In this document: positions 63,601-64,000 of the stretch, piece after piece
How positions within the stretch are numbered: the stretch's first letter is position 1
How the letters are laid out: every line of letters begins with the position of its first letter
From: Candidatus Kapaibacterium sp.
Lineage (GTDB): Bacteria > Bacteroidota > Ignavibacteria > Kapaibacteriales > UBA2268
Length of the DNA stretch: 64,000 nucleotides
Reading direction: 5' to 3'
NCBI GenBank assembly: GCA_963665665.1
Contig: OY762428.1
Location: 2,400,001 to 2,464,000, forward strand
Program-made: the position numbers and the translations under genes
The notes under the pieces: generated by a model
Told to the model about the DNA's origin: nothing
Database searches by the model: none
Seen by the model: the letters and a program-made list of their open reading frames with translations, nothing else

Positions 63601-64000
63601 GACAGTTCCTACTTATAAGAACACAAAACATGCTATTATCCGTGCTCTCTGGAACAACGATCCGGACATGGAATACAGCCGTACACCGGAATTCGAGATT
63701 GCCGGCCCGGTTTCAGCCGAAGACCTCGAAAACCTTGGCTACGCATTCAACAGGCCTGTTCCTAACCCGTTCACTGATGAAACAAGGATTGAATTTACAC
63801 TTCCTAACACAGAAAATGTAACAATCACTGTATTCAGCAGCACAGGCCAGCAGGTTGCAGTACTCGCAGACAGTAAATCATTCGACGAAGGTACACACCA
63901 CGTATTCTTCCAGGCAAATGAACTCCCGGCAGGCGTATATATCGTACACCTCAGGGCAGGAACCTACAGCGAAGTACGCGAAGCAATTCTCGTTAAATAA
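57692..64000 (+). CDS. Giant T9SS protein, full-length paralog of 41215-47328 (paralog B)
   Basis: Collinear similarity (e.g. NYSNATQLTVEAWLNLNEY, EGAWILYLEDGKYPAFR, HLNHLPVMSRF); DVYRDGQINSSD...DVTGDGLVNAVD; PVPNPF...AGVYIVHL...AILVK; stop at 63998-64000. Confidence 0.88.
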   Translation: MLKKTSISGRRGIKSIMTLLMSVTVALVMFATDVLAQDYDFSLRLRRMGDKIGAELWVRSLNSSAPKLGSFTYSVVYNSSYLQPAATTYDAGVTDSVDYNVNQAADLPYREIESSFDGTNGYSAIQVGNGSGYAELEITFTGNASSEGVQPGTTGRGTFVGRVLFDIINHASLSDSDQTGIITNQTGIPSIVIYDANENLLDNTTDITFTDPSAMNIRGITILNPNGPSEAVNRTSTYLSLSVAGYPVYFERSGLVNPSTYSYGTDGLAYAMDYSLDGGSNWTTNVMRFAETTAQATAATFDNLASGEIETSNGSVPGYTITKADGNPLTSSGDGYGGIVRVIWEDNQTFAYRSEEARLRIYQLESAGSGSDIDNRDRDDIYDISDFDFVLSSLFFVQLNGSDEYFRTTGNYSNATQLTVEAWLNLNEYGASSSEPGIVASSGGPASPEEGAWILYLEDGKYPAFRAREFDDRGTNGYIAELVSPYALDVANSDITLGSDAASETHRKNWTHVAATVANNVVTLYVDGQIVDQYTNTAAQDIRMKTFSHPIWIGVNPNISIDAEDYLKAGFKEVRVWRYALTQAEVLENAAGVYDIIGTTSAINPNPNGSDIRAAIEIDWPFQGARTDAASDVTFQNGLNTIDFYDGGSIDNTAINYRPDRAHITLVTPTGGEGISNIEDNTYDISWIGYGLGSTSPSSEDLMIEYSRDGGTSWANALDNTAAPAGLPLNEVEIEAGSATWEPYNSVTESGAYHDLQGVGNSIETNYVKQVYVRISGTSGNAQTDIYDMSGMVYVAPYFSLRNNGDAIVSIDGTTSLNLSTGVTFMEAWVRPYRFPTTTEGYFPIISKVDSTSGDVHYMLKLRSDGRLQFDITPSSGTVVSAYSAADSPLWEPNVEILDSVWFHVGVYVNLASGTGASAVRFYIDGVPQYVDSISTQYGSNVSVPVTNTYPAYIGYEPSNGVDNSKAFIGEMREVRFWNGYPAGMDISGTESIANPTDMTKFIQGALAIHADDLLTTPTNYQENLVAAFTFENGGYVSNGYQRTIASTNSNIKAYVRGDIGISTDGVAYVPTKPYLKLVEPVTRQAVANSETSLRLRWAGFDYDEAGFRSGSAALSQDADIEYSIRGGGDVIVQPWQAVASTNYAGAYTNALGLTATDEYNFAGVTSGIQYGAELNVSISDPDENDDGTYNDQGPIYSALTNARMALTGRATINSLTPFEYTDILTLRSEGNLFTVTPPSNFTVRMLLEGFHSGSDEDVTDIGESYEGLGIKIRLFNEIAGGPGTVVDSAESVYGYDSDASALNAGTAPVRGTDGSMFASVPFIFTSLADGDYYVVVEHLNHLPVMSRFTANYQFDGDDLDTWTIESGWDFQSWGQNATPTSSNYMSMSTDDIYSGNGLFSAYGQTELDEDEVGYDKTGLIFNQGQETATSNRMAALVAGDVYRDGQINSSDRIRVRDDASSNVNRSDVTGDGLVNAVDRDIVDRNFNKLSSLIDLTVVDYPTGQEVPMFPWVSDEKPLEHVSDLNPERAMAMNAAAKEFIENGSVQAAPVVMSSKKGDHTLAGFSYRVFAEPQLKDGKMFVTMSIENLGQEWAPGNCTFALKYDNRNLDFVGLTATDENLFSSDAAAGYSAAYSAPEENADNPVVNVRTIEIDYDGYSRPVGNNVPNSKTKLGTLVFDVTGSADEYEFSWHKLSVVLTTDGRNITGEGDFVTVEPVNVIRFASITVPNGGEEWRSGKLYTVTWTTPTVSQMVYVEYSTDNGATWGRIAEEPVDAMSAIYNWKTPSIRSTECLIRIVRVDDGTEVDRSDASFALLPAPAEITRPSAADPIYTGGANDFIRWNVDDPTNVRFEFSDNGESGWVPVTATVNSQTGEVDWVLPAVNTKNAVVRMINSETNEIMTQSQQFKVLAGGVTITSPRAGDVVNTGELKDVRWTYDNVSRFDLHLSFDGGETWVEMSREVNALPRNYEWTVPTYKNTKHAIIRALWNNDPDMEYSRTPEFEIAGPVSAEDLENLGYAFNRPVPNPFTDETRIEFTLPNTENVTITVFSSTGQQVAVLADSKSFDEGTHHVFFQANELPAGVYIVHLRAGTYSEVREAILVK

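Noticed and set aside
41215-64000. Diversity-generating retroelement or true cellulosome
   Set aside because: No reverse transcriptase or adenine-specific TR/VR pair; no glycoside hydrolase motifs recognised
1-64000. tRNA or rRNA genes
   Set aside because: No cloverleaf with T-loop/CCA pattern and no rRNA-like conserved blocks seen in the intergenic regions

Overview
64-kb chromosomal window from a bacterium of the Bacteroidota/Chlorobiota/Ignavibacteriota group. The assignment is inferred from four secreted proteins ending in type-A T9SS C-terminal domains together with flagellar switch genes, a combination that suggests Ignavibacteria or Ca. Kapabacteria. Recognisable genes include a methionine gamma-lyase-like enzyme, TonB-dependent receptor, M14 peptidase, glutathione peroxidase, fliL-fliM-fliN-fliO, mannose-1-P guanylyltransferase, a NarL-type two-component pair, anmK, pheS, queE, a PP2C phosphatase and dapA. 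Three things stand out. (1) An AT-rich insert after pheS lies between ~215-bp direct repeats. It is organised as integron-like gene cassettes with non-canonical attC-like sites, no integrase in the window, a DUF4365 nuclease plus partner as cargo, and an IS3 element just downstream. (2) A 23-kb locus holds two paralogous ~2,000-aa T9SS proteins with cohesin-like, LamG and dockerin-like modules, flanking a 3,032-aa beta-helical adhesin that lacks an evident CTD. The adhesin operon is preceded by a near-perfect sigma-28 promoter. (3) A standalone 65-aa gene behind a sigma-28-like promoter resembles the FliG-binding tail of FliF. All domain calls were made by eye from motifs; no database searches were run.
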